From the IMG/VR virus record IMGVR_UViG_3300043420_000786, positions 1 through 53,965 of that record: 53,965 bases of DNA; one strand, 5' to 3'. Below the pieces are notes generated by a model. The model was given only the letters and a program-made list of their open reading frames with translations. It was not told where the DNA came from and did no database searches. A program made the position numbers and the translations under genes. This DNA is from a virus. Taxonomy: Duplodnaviria > Caudoviricetes. Of the stretch, positions 19,801 through 28,558 are shown piece by piece (the stretch's first letter is position 1; each line of letters begins with the position of its first letter).

Positions 19801-21309
19801 AGAATTGATGCTTTAACCGATTCCGCTGTGCATGGCCTCAGAACAATAGGATTTACAGATTCTGGATCAGTATATACGACCACACATCTTGTAATAGAAG
19901 AACTTAGTTTAAATTCTGTAAATGGTCTTTATAAAAATATAGACATAACTCATGGTTATAACACAAACACAGCAACACTGACTACTGTGTTTGATTTGGG
20001 TGTTATGCCGCAAAGATCTGTAAAAGTTGCAGGAACTTCCTTTGATTATCAAAGAGGAGGTTATATTGCAAATAATTTGGTGTTGCAACAAGGCCATGTT
20101 CTTGGTGTAACTGAAACAGGGACTACCGTATCCAGCATACCATTCTCTGAAATAGTAGAAAATGCAAATCTAAATTATTTTAGTTCGGCTACAGTAGGTA
20201 ATACAAATATACCTGCTTTGGGTTCTAGTGTTTTGAGTTTTATTGGTGCAGGAGATACTTCTCTTTCGTATGAGAACGGAAATATAGTCATTTCTTCTGA
20301 CAGTAGTTTGATTACAGACAAACAACCAAAATTAGGCGGTAGTTTGGAACTAAATTTGAATTTTATAACTCAAAATACAAGAAAATCTCTGTTTGTTTCG
20401 AATACACTTACTAGTTCTACAAATCATTATTTGTCTATAAACAATTCTTCTTCATTGATAGAATTAAGAGCACTTAGAGACACATCAACTGCTTCTAGCA
20501 TAGATTTGAAACTGACGCCATATGGAACTGGTTCTGTGATATTGAATAAACTGTCTTCAGAGTCTTTAACAAATTTGACTTTAAGATCATCAAAAACAGA
20601 TGGTATAATATATTTTGATTCTACCAATTCTTCTCAAACTATTCTTAGTTCTTTAGGAAACAAGAGTATTTGTTTATCACCAGGCTCAGCATCATACGAT
20701 GTAAAAATGGTTTTTGATAATGGTACAAATAGCAGAATTTTAACAACTAGAAGAAACAACGACAATACTGCAATTATTCATTCCAATTCTGTTGGTAATC
20801 TTATACTTTGTGCGGGTTATACAGGAAACGGTGTCTCTACTGGTTCTACAAGTATACAGATGAATTCTGATGTGTTGATGAATTCTGCTAAGTCAATAAA
20901 GTCTACAGATAATATTGTAAAAATAAACACAACTGATTCTGGCTATTTAAAACTATCTGGAGATACAAAATCAACAACACATTCTGTTTCTTCTTTATCT
21001 TTCAATCCAAATGTTTCTAGAATAATAGATTCATTTAAATTGAGTACTTTTGGTAATTGTGTCAAGTACATAGTACGCGGAGAAAATCCATCAAACAGCG
21101 ATGATGTATTTGTTCTAGAATTCAATGTTCTTATAAATTCTACGGAAGAAATATCAGATGTAATCTCCTTGATACACCCAACGACATCTCCATCAAATAC
21201 TCAAAATTTATCAGTAGCAGTTAGTTCGGATGGAACCGATGTAGAAGTATCCCTAAATACCATCAGTGATTCGTATACTTTAACCATATACAGAACATCT
21301 TTAACTTAA
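16864..21309 (+). CDS. Long tail-fibre / fibre-like structural protein
   Basis: N-terminal DTFYTWYNTTN fibre-anchor motif; repeated DTL.(I/L)..G.(G/N)I.(I/L) units; DKQPKLGGSLELN motif; S/T/G/N-rich. Confidence 0.7.
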   Translation: MSTNTDDIISGGLFAPIQPLKLNDTFYTWYNTTNFIIDALNPLAIYDVASGPGIDVTKITGGVAVISIKTGCGLSFDSGVSLKLDIGGTPESLEVQAQDYFVFESYTGTNITTDSSDCETLFKVEATNMLPYIVSGDHDFIGGSSSEFKVSSDNLVIDSPTVEFKTTNIYLNNDPETTNDDFVTRSEIGFAGFTVHASDTSPTFGYDGSLLAWKSNQNLSVDSDKSFVSDSSGVNSIFNFSTKTANQRNVVVNLLTGSRESDTDDGKIFSIKTSFTLNKLQFNFYNEQDTFGSDSEMFSVSYDELTDQSNFQIQGTLYVRDISESSQFLTESDYTSNKVPLTNGYGVLDHKFSNRFVTTKYDPNIQVGDLVRFEYSDYTNTTEDIQIVAAQADTEENSKVIGIVEQIAGGEAIIVLTGVFEYNGESVNITSGDVFYLSQTNAGLATSIKPEFGIIKEVFVGVEPSKGLLLSSGVTKEPFFAKVQISGGSLVESESSGDTLILKAGSNVNLEYTSNNEIEINAGSLNDADYWNTIYTNTGSPSRIIASTNNDSFSLLGGNGISTESSSSTITINAPNSYGVIQIVGENTDELDYTLSASSGSDTLTIRSGTGINITSSTNNDIVIEAIGISVPANRSVGNLQLDEMPAFSIKAAQANGEPVDVYQITEIQEITYPVLAEYYNVYYNTDGDKVYQDPITLTEYPTIYSEVLDYRLSTGTPDAIAGYVYGRVVDELGNVSDIKPLNRQELRLLIGASETGFLEENNKLFSSWQLFDDSDLSNNIASAYAGDKSGVLSVVSGTGITLESEILDDGSSAIKIIATGDAAAFSTIYNETTSESLEATSIGSTVNISERDAVGINVTSNNSLDFYIKDASITNTMLADMVENSVKVNTGGTNDPTPIDLYIDENQILGRPQGDYLKALDALEVRTILGLSSSSYYKSFTCYTGSTLVGTGNSSYDEGLIFRGGTNISLTVLGDNSIRIDALTDSAVHGLRTIGFTDSGSVYTTTHLVIEELSLNSVNGLYKNIDITHGYNTNTATLTTVFDLGVMPQRSVKVAGTSFDYQRGGYIANNLVLQQGHVLGVTETGTTVSSIPFSEIVENANLNYFSSATVGNTNIPALGSSVLSFIGAGDTSLSYENGNIVISSDSSLITDKQPKLGGSLELNLNFITQNTRKSLFVSNTLTSSTNHYLSINNSSSLIELRALRDTSTASSIDLKLTPYGTGSVILNKLSSESLTNLTLRSSKTDGIIYFDSTNSSQTILSSLGNKSICLSPGSASYDVKMVFDNGTNSRILTTRRNNDNTAIIHSNSVGNLILCAGYTGNGVSTGSTSIQMNSDVLMNSAKSIKSTDNIVKINTTDSGYLKLSGDTKSTTHSVSSLSFNPNVSRIIDSFKLSTFGNCVKYIVRGENPSNSDDVFVLEFNVLINSTEEISDVISLIHPTTSPSNTQNLSVAVSSDGTDVEVSLNTISDSYTLTIYRTSLT

Positions 21310-21319
21310 GGAGATAGTA

Positions 21320-21676
21320 ATGAAAGTTAGTTTGGGTGAAATTTATATGTCCACATCTGTTATGAACAAATTGATAGACGCACCTTTTAATGCTAAAATT
21401 TCGTTCAGATTAGCAAGAGCCATGAAAGAAATGAATGATGCTTTGAAGAATCTGGAAGAAGAAAGAGCCAAACTTATCAAGAAGTACGGTGAAGATGGTG
21501 GAGATGGAAATATAACTGTGTCGGAAGAGAATAAGAATAAATTTCTAGAGGAATTTTACTCTTTATTGGAAGAAAATATAGAAATCGGTTGGGAACCCCT
21601 TGAACCAGAAATTCTAGGAGAAACCACACTAAGCGTTGGTGAAATTTCAAAAATTGCATTTCTTTTTCGCCAGTAA
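21320..21676 (+). CDS. Helical hypothetical protein, possible fibre assembly chaperone
   Basis: Strong AGGAG SD; KISFRLAR...EEERAKLIKKYGE pattern recalled from proteins that follow tail fibres. Confidence 0.55.
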   Translation: MKVSLGEIYMSTSVMNKLIDAPFNAKISFRLARAMKEMNDALKNLEEERAKLIKKYGEDGGDGNITVSEENKNKFLEEFYSLLEENIEIGWEPLEPEILGETTLSVGEISKIAFLFRQ

Positions 21677-21683
21677 TTTTACA

Positions 21684-21717
21684 TCTCCTCAAACATAAAT
21701 AAAAGAAATTGAGGAGA
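21684..21717 (+). promoter_or_regulatory. RBS-sequestering hairpin with late promoter CATAAATA (21694-21701) in the loop
   Basis: TCTCCTCAA (21684-21692) is the exact reverse complement of TTGAGGAGA (21709-21717), which contains the gp13 SD. Confidence 0.7.
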
Positions 21718-21721
21718 AAAA

Positions 21722-22537
21722 ATGACACCAACGACCAGAGAAGAACTCAAGCAATATGCATTAAGAAGACTTGGGTATCCCGTCATAGAAATCAATATAG
21801 ACGATGCTCAGATAGAGGATCGTATAGATGATGCTCTGCAATTTTTTGCAGAGTATCATTTTGATGGGGTAGAACGCTGTTATATCAAAAAACAAATAAC
21901 TCAGGAAGACATAGACAATAAGTATATTGATTTAACGGAACCGACTTTAGCAGATCCATCAATAGGAATAGTTGCATCCCCGGCAATAGATCCCGATGGA
22001 AAATCTATCATAAGTGTAATAAGATGCTTTCAGTTGTTTGATACTCTCGGTGGTACTGGTATGTTTGATGCTCGCTACCAGATAGCGTTGAACGATCTTT
22101 ATGGATTGAGAACTAACACATATAGCGATTCTTTGATAGGGTACAATTACACTCGCTCTCATATGCAGATGTTGCAGGATATGCTTACCCCAGAAAAAGC
22201 AATAACCTTTAGCAGAGTAACCAATAAGATTTATGTAGATATGGATTGGAACACCCATCCTATAATTGGCGATTATTTGGTATTTGAAGCATATAGAGTT
22301 TTAAATCCAGAAACATACGGAGAGATATTCAATGATCGTTTACTTAAACTGTATACAACTGCAAAAATAAAAGAACAATGGGGTGCTAATCTTTCCAAAT
22401 TTTCTGGTATATCTTTGGCTGGAGGAATAACTCTAAACGGACAAGAAATATACGAAGATGCTAGAAAAGAAATTGAAAAATTAGAAAGCGAAGTTCAGAG
22501 TAAATACGAAGCACCTCCAAACTTCTTTATTGGATAA
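21722..22537 (+). CDS. gp13: Neck protein gp13
   Basis: REELKQYALRRLGYPVIEINI..Q..DRIDDALQ...EYHFDG; KEQWGANLSKF.G..L.GG. Confidence 0.95.
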   Translation: MTPTTREELKQYALRRLGYPVIEINIDDAQIEDRIDDALQFFAEYHFDGVERCYIKKQITQEDIDNKYIDLTEPTLADPSIGIVASPAIDPDGKSIISVIRCFQLFDTLGGTGMFDARYQIALNDLYGLRTNTYSDSLIGYNYTRSHMQMLQDMLTPEKAITFSRVTNKIYVDMDWNTHPIIGDYLVFEAYRVLNPETYGEIFNDRLLKLYTTAKIKEQWGANLSKFSGISLAGGITLNGQEIYEDARKEIEKLESEVQSKYEAPPNFFIG

Positions 22538-22540
22538 TTT

Positions 22541-23236
22541 ATGGCAACAAATCCATATTTCAATAACAACAAATATAAACCGACTCAAGATCTTATGGAA
22601 GATCTTATGATAGAATCCATAAAGACCAAGGGTATGGATGTTTATTATATTCCCAGAAGATATTCTGAAAAATTGGATACTATCTTTGGTGAAGATCCCA
22701 TGTCAAGTTTCAACATATCTTTTCCTATAGAAATGTATCTTGATACATTCAATGGATTTCAAGGAGACAATGAAGTTATCTCCAAGTTTGGAATAGAGAT
22801 CATGGATAACATGACATTAACTGTTTCAAAAAAGAGATTTGAGCAAGAAGCAAGCAAATTACCAGAATTACCAGATAGACCTATAGATCTGGATGCTCCT
22901 GCTATGGGAGACCTTATCTATTTTCCTCTTTCCAAAGGACTGTTTGAAATTAAATATGTTGACAACAAACAGATATTTTTTCAAGGCGGAAAACTCTACA
23001 CCTATAAACTAGAATGTGAACTCTTTAAGTATTCTATGGAACGAATTGACACAGGCGACAGCGATATTGACGAAATAGAAGATAATATAGTTCAGAGTAT
23101 AGATGAAGATGGTGATGGGGATATTGATTTTATCAGAGATGCAAAGAATCCAAGCGATAATGCACAGTTACAGACAGACGCTGCATCAATAGTTGACTTT
23201 ACAGAAGTGGATCCTTTCTCGGAGGGTAATTACTGA
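22541..23236 (+). CDS. gp14: Neck protein gp14
   Basis: NPYF, ESIK..GMDVYYIPR, SKFG, GDLIYFP, C-terminal DFTEVDPFSE. Confidence 0.95.
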   Translation: MATNPYFNNNKYKPTQDLMEDLMIESIKTKGMDVYYIPRRYSEKLDTIFGEDPMSSFNISFPIEMYLDTFNGFQGDNEVISKFGIEIMDNMTLTVSKKRFEQEASKLPELPDRPIDLDAPAMGDLIYFPLSKGLFEIKYVDNKQIFFQGGKLYTYKLECELFKYSMERIDTGDSDIDEIEDNIVQSIDEDGDGDIDFIRDAKNPSDNAQLQTDAASIVDFTEVDPFSEGNY

Positions 23237-23904
23237 TGTTTACCACATTCTATCACGGTTTAATAAAGAAAGCAGTTGTATCTTTTGGTACTCTGTTTAA
23301 TAATCTGTATATTGTTAGAACAGCAGGAAGTGAAACTCAAAAAATAAAAGTTCCTCTTGTTTATTCTCCCAAAGAAAAATTCATTCAAAAACTTGAGCAA
23401 AGTTTTGCAGATTTAAGAAATCAAGCAACACAAATAACTCTTCCTAGAATGTCTTTCTACATTTCAAACATGCAATATGACCCAGAAAGAAAAAAGAACA
23501 GTATACACAAAAGAGTAAAGGAAACGGTAACGACTAACGACGATGTAGAGTTTTCTTTTCATCATAGTAATGTTCCTTACAATTTAGATTTTACTTTATC
23601 TTGTTATGTTAGAAACATGGATGATGGTTTGCAGATAGTAGAACAAATACTTCCATATTTTACACCAGAATTTACTATAACAATAAAACCTGGAGTTTTG
23701 GGAGACGAAAACGAAAAATTAGACATACCCATAGTCTTGTCCTCAATAACCACAGAAGAAAAAGCAGATGGTTCTTTGGTTCAAGAAAACACAAGGTTCA
23801 TTACTTGGGATTTAACATTTACAGCAAAAATGATGATATATGGTCCAGTAAAATCTGGTAATGTCATAAAAACAGCAGATATAAATCTGTTTGATATGGA
23901 GTAA
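23236..23904 (+). CDS. gp15: Tail sheath stabilizer / tail terminator gp15
   Basis: FGTLFNN, KVPL.YSPKEKF, TLPRMSF, QIVEQILPYFTP, YGPV. Confidence 0.93.
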   Translation: MFTTFYHGLIKKAVVSFGTLFNNLYIVRTAGSETQKIKVPLVYSPKEKFIQKLEQSFADLRNQATQITLPRMSFYISNMQYDPERKKNSIHKRVKETVTTNDDVEFSFHHSNVPYNLDFTLSCYVRNMDDGLQIVEQILPYFTPEFTITIKPGVLGDENEKLDIPIVLSSITTEEKADGSLVQENTRFITWDLTFTAKMMIYGPVKSGNVIKTADINLFDME

Positions 23905-23907
23905 CAT

Positions 23908-24078
23908 ATGGCATTTAAAAGAGCACAAATAACGGTATCACCAATTCTTTATGAACAAGACACCAATGGTGATTATTTACTGGATACAAACAACAATAAA
24001 ATTGTTCAAAATGATGATCCGAATCAAATATCACCATCATCAGATTATTCAGTAACTATTATTATTCAGGAAAATTAG
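23908..24078 (+). CDS. 56-aa ORF (not in ORF track), probably the detached C-terminus of gp15
   Basis: MAFKRAQITVSPILYEQ...SDYSVTIIIQEN; GGAG SD upstream; same frame as gp15, after TAA CAT. Confidence 0.6.
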   Translation: MAFKRAQITVSPILYEQDTNGDYLLDTNNNKIVQNDDPNQISPSSDYSVTIIIQEN

Positions 24079-24079
24079 T

Positions 24080-26020
24080 ATGCCATTTGATAAAAGAAAC
24101 ATATCATCATTTCAGAGAAATGTGAATATAAATGAAGGAAGTTTTTTTTGGAAAAAAGTCATTGTAGATTCTGTAAAATATACAGAGTCTTTGTTGCAAT
24201 TAGATAGATTAAAAAGAACAAATTATTCAAGTATAAATGGTTTTGATTTAGTTGAAGAAGTGTCTTTAGATACTATGTCTTATTTTTCAGATAATGGAAG
24301 TAAGATAGCATTTTTCAATAAATTAAATGATGGTAGTAAAACAATTAATATTTACTCTATAAATCTACAACAAAAAACCAAAACATATTTACACAATGTT
24401 AATATTACGAATACTGTTTTTAGTGCCAAATCATCTGAAAATTGTTTTGTATCAAATGATGGAAAATATTTACTATTGAGCGTACCAAGCGCAAGCACAG
24501 TTTATTTTTTTGATGTAGTAAACGGAACTCTTCTTCAAACAATAACAGATGAACAAATCAATTTCGGTTCTTTAATAGCAATTGATTCGGATTTTAAAGG
24601 ATTAGCAATTTCTACAAAATATTTGAGAAGAGAACCAAATGAATATGACGGGAGAATTACTGCTAACGATTGTTCTAGTTTAATTCATTTTTATAAAAGA
24701 AACTATAAAAGTAAACAGCCTCAAAAATTCAAGAAAATACATTCAAAAACTGCATTTTCTCCCTTTGTAGATAATGGTTGTGCTTTTCCTCAATCTTTTC
24801 CTTATGGTATTGTTTATGAATACACGGGTCTAGAACCAAATGTTTATCAATTTAATGGTGTTTACAGATTTTCTGATATTTACTGCAAGCATGATAATTT
24901 TTCTCATTGCTCTCTTGCGCTAAAAGAAGACCAACTCGCATATAAATCAAGATTTTTTAACTACGACTCTTCAAGATATTCTATTAGAAATTTGATATCG
25001 ACAAATATAAGACAATCAGAATATTTAAAAGCAAGTAATCTTTATTCTCCAGGCTCAGGTTTTTTGCAATTTATAAGAAATGATTCTTTTTACAACAATT
25101 CTACATATAAATTAATAAATCATCCTTCTTGTAATATTTTCAACATAATTAAAACCATAGATGATACAGAAATAATAGACAATAGCATTTATTCTAGTGT
25201 TCCGATAGGAACAAATATGCATATCTCAGATGGAACTACCATTGATCTGTTTGGTGATCAGGCATATTTAGATAATTTTAATAAAAAACATATAGTATAT
25301 CATTTGACTAATTTTTATACACAAGACTCAATATATGATTTTTCTGCTTATGAGCAACTTTTATCCAATGAACAATTGATGATTGAAAATAAAGTATGCG
25401 TAAATGACTTCTATGTTTTTAACATTTCAGTGTTTTTAAGTAATGGAATAAAAAACATAAGAATTAATCGTTATCCTATAAAATCATCAGACAATCTGAA
25501 CACTTTTGCATACTTTGATCATTCTTACAATGGTTCTGGTTATTCTAATTTGCCAGATGATCCTGGCGTTGGATTGGTAAAAATACTATACGAGACAGGT
25601 GAAAAAAGTAACTTAGAAAATACATTTTTAACAAAGGAACAAATTCAGAATATGTTTTCTGATCCTCAGACTGGTCAGGTATTTGTAGACGCTAGAGTTT
25701 CTTATAATAAACCATTTCTAGAAAATCCCACACAGTGCGTTGATTGTGAATTTTCTCTTGAAATATCTTCTGTTTTGAATCAATCTTTTAAAAATTGTTT
25801 ATGTTCTAATGATTATTTGTTTTTAAATTTTGAGTCTAATACTTTGGTATTTAAAATTCATTCTGATGTTTGTAAATCTGTAAAATATATAAATCAAATA
25901 GACACGATAAAGGACTATGATTTTTGCTATACAAGCACTGGTGAATATTTTTCTATGTATAATAAAATTTATAAACTCAATAGAACATCTGGAGTTATAG
26001 AAGAAAGTATGGTGCTTTGA
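24080..26020 (+). CDS. Hypothetical protein with beta-propeller-like N-terminal repeats
   Basis: FSDNGSKIAF, VSNDGKYLLLS..S.STVYFFDV.NGTLLQTI and NFGSLIAID blade-like motifs; very AT-rich. Confidence 0.55.
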   Translation: MPFDKRNISSFQRNVNINEGSFFWKKVIVDSVKYTESLLQLDRLKRTNYSSINGFDLVEEVSLDTMSYFSDNGSKIAFFNKLNDGSKTINIYSINLQQKTKTYLHNVNITNTVFSAKSSENCFVSNDGKYLLLSVPSASTVYFFDVVNGTLLQTITDEQINFGSLIAIDSDFKGLAISTKYLRREPNEYDGRITANDCSSLIHFYKRNYKSKQPQKFKKIHSKTAFSPFVDNGCAFPQSFPYGIVYEYTGLEPNVYQFNGVYRFSDIYCKHDNFSHCSLALKEDQLAYKSRFFNYDSSRYSIRNLISTNIRQSEYLKASNLYSPGSGFLQFIRNDSFYNNSTYKLINHPSCNIFNIIKTIDDTEIIDNSIYSSVPIGTNMHISDGTTIDLFGDQAYLDNFNKKHIVYHLTNFYTQDSIYDFSAYEQLLSNEQLMIENKVCVNDFYVFNISVFLSNGIKNIRINRYPIKSSDNLNTFAYFDHSYNGSGYSNLPDDPGVGLVKILYETGEKSNLENTFLTKEQIQNMFSDPQTGQVFVDARVSYNKPFLENPTQCVDCEFSLEISSVLNQSFKNCLCSNDYLFLNFESNTLVFKIHSDVCKSVKYINQIDTIKDYDFCYTSTGEYFSMYNKIYKLNRTSGVIEESMVL

Positions 26021-28107
26021 TGGCAATCATTATTAATGATTTATGTTTTGGTTTAAAAACAAAAGATACAAATCTGAACAACACTTCACCATTTTTGTTA
26101 ACAGATTCTGTCGATACTTCTACTAATTTTTACTTTTGTTCAAACATCTTGTTCTTGAATCAAAAAAGGAATCAATTAGGATTGCCTTCTATAAACACAC
26201 AAATGAATTTAATTGTGTTTGTTTGTGATCAGATAAACAACAACATTTTTCAGACATTAATTTCAATAAAAACATATAAAATCAATCTTTTAAATGATTA
26301 TATTAATGGTGATATAACTGATTCTTTTTTGATTCACGATGATATGTGCGATAGCATGAGTCACGAAGAGATACTATCTCTATGTAAAGAGCACAAAGTA
26401 ATTTTTAGAATTTCAACAACAAATGATGTGGATCCGTTTTTAAAAAATGGCGATATTGTAAACAATATAAAGATAGTTTTAGATACAAAACAACCTGGAC
26501 CATACAGTGTCCAGTTTGAAAGCGTGGATATGTTAAATCCACAAGAATTTACAAATGAAGAAAGAATAAATTCTTATGAAACTTGTCTTGGTCTTTTTGG
26601 ATTTGAAAGTATAAGAGTTTTTTATCCAAAAGAAGCACTGGATAATTCATATTTGATGCCCATAGTTTGTATACAGCATGGAATTGGTCAAGAACACTGG
26701 GGTTATGATGTGTATGCATCTAAATTAGCATCCTATGGGTATTTTGTTTGCTATTTATTTCAAGAAACATATACAAAAAGTCCTACCGCTACTGGTGGAA
26801 CTATGCAAGATGGTAATTACCACATTTTAGGTAAATTGCGACATTTAAAAAACAACATTGATAAAATAAAAAATGGTAAATTTCAAAATAAATTAAATTT
26901 TGATAAAATAACATTGATGGGTCATAGTCAAGGAGGAGAAAAGGTAAAATCTGCTTGTAGTGAAGTGGGTGTGGATCCTTCTGCTGGTATTGATATCAAC
27001 AGTATAATGTGTCTAGTTGTTATCAATGGTGCTCTGGATAGTATAAGTACTCTAGGCACTGGTGAATCATTGTTGTGTACAAATTCCAGTATACCAAATA
27101 CCAGTTTTAATCTTCCTAAAAATATACCAATACTTTTACTAAATTCTGATAGAGATGAAGTTACTAAATCATTGATGCCAACTTGGTTTGTAAATTATGG
27201 GTTAAATTCTGATACCTTAGAAAATGAAGTACCTAAAAGAATTATATTCATAAGAAATTCACAACACGGTGGAGCAATTATTGATTACAATTTTAAAAAC
27301 TATATCAACATTCCCAGTGGATATAACATAGATACTCGATATTTTTACACATACAACTCAAGAGCAAATAATTTAGGTTTTGTTTCTTCGGATCTTGTAA
27401 ATTTTTTAAGTTTATGTCTGAAACAGAAAACCAAAAATTATTTAAAAAACACAAATACACATTCTATTTCACCCAATCAACAAAAAATAAGAGATTTTTC
27501 TTATAGTTTAGATCATGTACCATTTTCCGATGTTAGGCTAGTTGTAGACAAATTTAACAATGTAAATCCAGAAAGATCATTTGGTAATTTAACTTTTTTC
27601 TTACAAACTCAAGATGCAAGAGATCTGCCTTCTGTTTCAGATATTTTTACAGGAATTGTTTCTAGGAGTTGTTCTGGTAGTAGTGATGGTGCTTGTGTAT
27701 TGACGATTACACAAGATTCTTATCTTCAATTCGAAAGAAGTTCTTTTAATTTAAACAATTCTAATTACATCGAAGTACACTGTGGGATGATGGATGATCC
27801 TCTGAATACTAATACCGAAAATTTTCATTTTTGTTTAGAATTGATAGATTCGCTGGATAATTCGTCTATTATCAGCAGTAGCATGATGAATATAGGAATT
27901 CCATCTAAAACAACTACAACTTCTCCGCTCCCAGAAAGTCACGAATTTATTTGTGCATTTCCCGTCAAATTTAACATAAAACAACTACAACAAAATAATA
28001 TTGATCTAGATTTAAGAAATATAACAAAAATTATTCTAAGATTTGGTTCTTCATACGGAACTTCGATTGGTAAAATTTACATAAATAGAATACAAGTGAC
28101 AATTTAA
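26017..28107 (+). CDS. Alpha/beta-hydrolase (chlorophyllase/cutinase-like) with C-terminal beta-sandwich
   Basis: PIVCIQHG..., Y...ASKLASYGYFV, nucleophile elbow ITLMGHSQGG (GHSQGG at 26920-26937), candidate Asp (SDRDEV) and His (NSQHG). Confidence 0.75.
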   Translation: MMAIIINDLCFGLKTKDTNLNNTSPFLLTDSVDTSTNFYFCSNILFLNQKRNQLGLPSINTQMNLIVFVCDQINNNIFQTLISIKTYKINLLNDYINGDITDSFLIHDDMCDSMSHEEILSLCKEHKVIFRISTTNDVDPFLKNGDIVNNIKIVLDTKQPGPYSVQFESVDMLNPQEFTNEERINSYETCLGLFGFESIRVFYPKEALDNSYLMPIVCIQHGIGQEHWGYDVYASKLASYGYFVCYLFQETYTKSPTATGGTMQDGNYHILGKLRHLKNNIDKIKNGKFQNKLNFDKITLMGHSQGGEKVKSACSEVGVDPSAGIDINSIMCLVVINGALDSISTLGTGESLLCTNSSIPNTSFNLPKNIPILLLNSDRDEVTKSLMPTWFVNYGLNSDTLENEVPKRIIFIRNSQHGGAIIDYNFKNYINIPSGYNIDTRYFYTYNSRANNLGFVSSDLVNFLSLCLKQKTKNYLKNTNTHSISPNQQKIRDFSYSLDHVPFSDVRLVVDKFNNVNPERSFGNLTFFLQTQDARDLPSVSDIFTGIVSRSCSGSSDGACVLTITQDSYLQFERSSFNLNNSNYIEVHCGMMDDPLNTNTENFHFCLELIDSLDNSSIISSSMMNIGIPSKTTTTSPLPESHEFICAFPVKFNIKQLQQNNIDLDLRNITKIILRFGSSYGTSIGKIYINRIQVTI
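28080..28087 (+). promoter_or_regulatory. Late promoter CATAAATA upstream of gp16
   Basis: Consensus match 21 nt before the gp16 ATG. Confidence 0.6.
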
Positions 28108-28108
28108 A

Positions 28109-28558
28109 ATGAACAATGATTTTGAAAATAAAATGGAACAGATCTTTGATCTTGAAGTAAGCAAACAAGTGCCTTCTTCTGTGGGTGACATTCTTCCTGT
28201 AAAGGAAGTAGTAGTCAATAAAGAAGATGTTGATAAAGATTACACCACAGTCAGAGAGAATCTAAAAGATATAGTAAGAAGAGGAACAGAAGCAATAGAC
28301 GGAATAATGTTAGTTGCTTCTGAAACACAATCCCCAAGAGCATACGAAGTAGTAGCAACATTAATTAAGAGTGTTGCTGATGCTAACAAAGATCTTCTAT
28401 CCCTACACAAACAGATCAAAGAAATTAAGAAGACAGAGGTAAACAACAACACCACAAATGTAACAAATAATTCTTTGTTTGTTGGAAGTACATCTGAACT
28501 TCAAAAATTAATCAAGGGTAAAGTCAAGGAAATAGACGAAACTAAGTTTGAAGAATGA
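28109..28558 (+). CDS. gp16: Terminase small subunit gp16
   Basis: DYTTVRENL, SPRAYEV, TNNSLFVGSTSELQKL. Confidence 0.93.
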   Translation: MNNDFENKMEQIFDLEVSKQVPSSVGDILPVKEVVVNKEDVDKDYTTVRENLKDIVRRGTEAIDGIMLVASETQSPRAYEVVATLIKSVADANKDLLSLHKQIKEIKKTEVNNNTTNVTNNSLFVGSTSELQKLIKGKVKEIDETKFEE

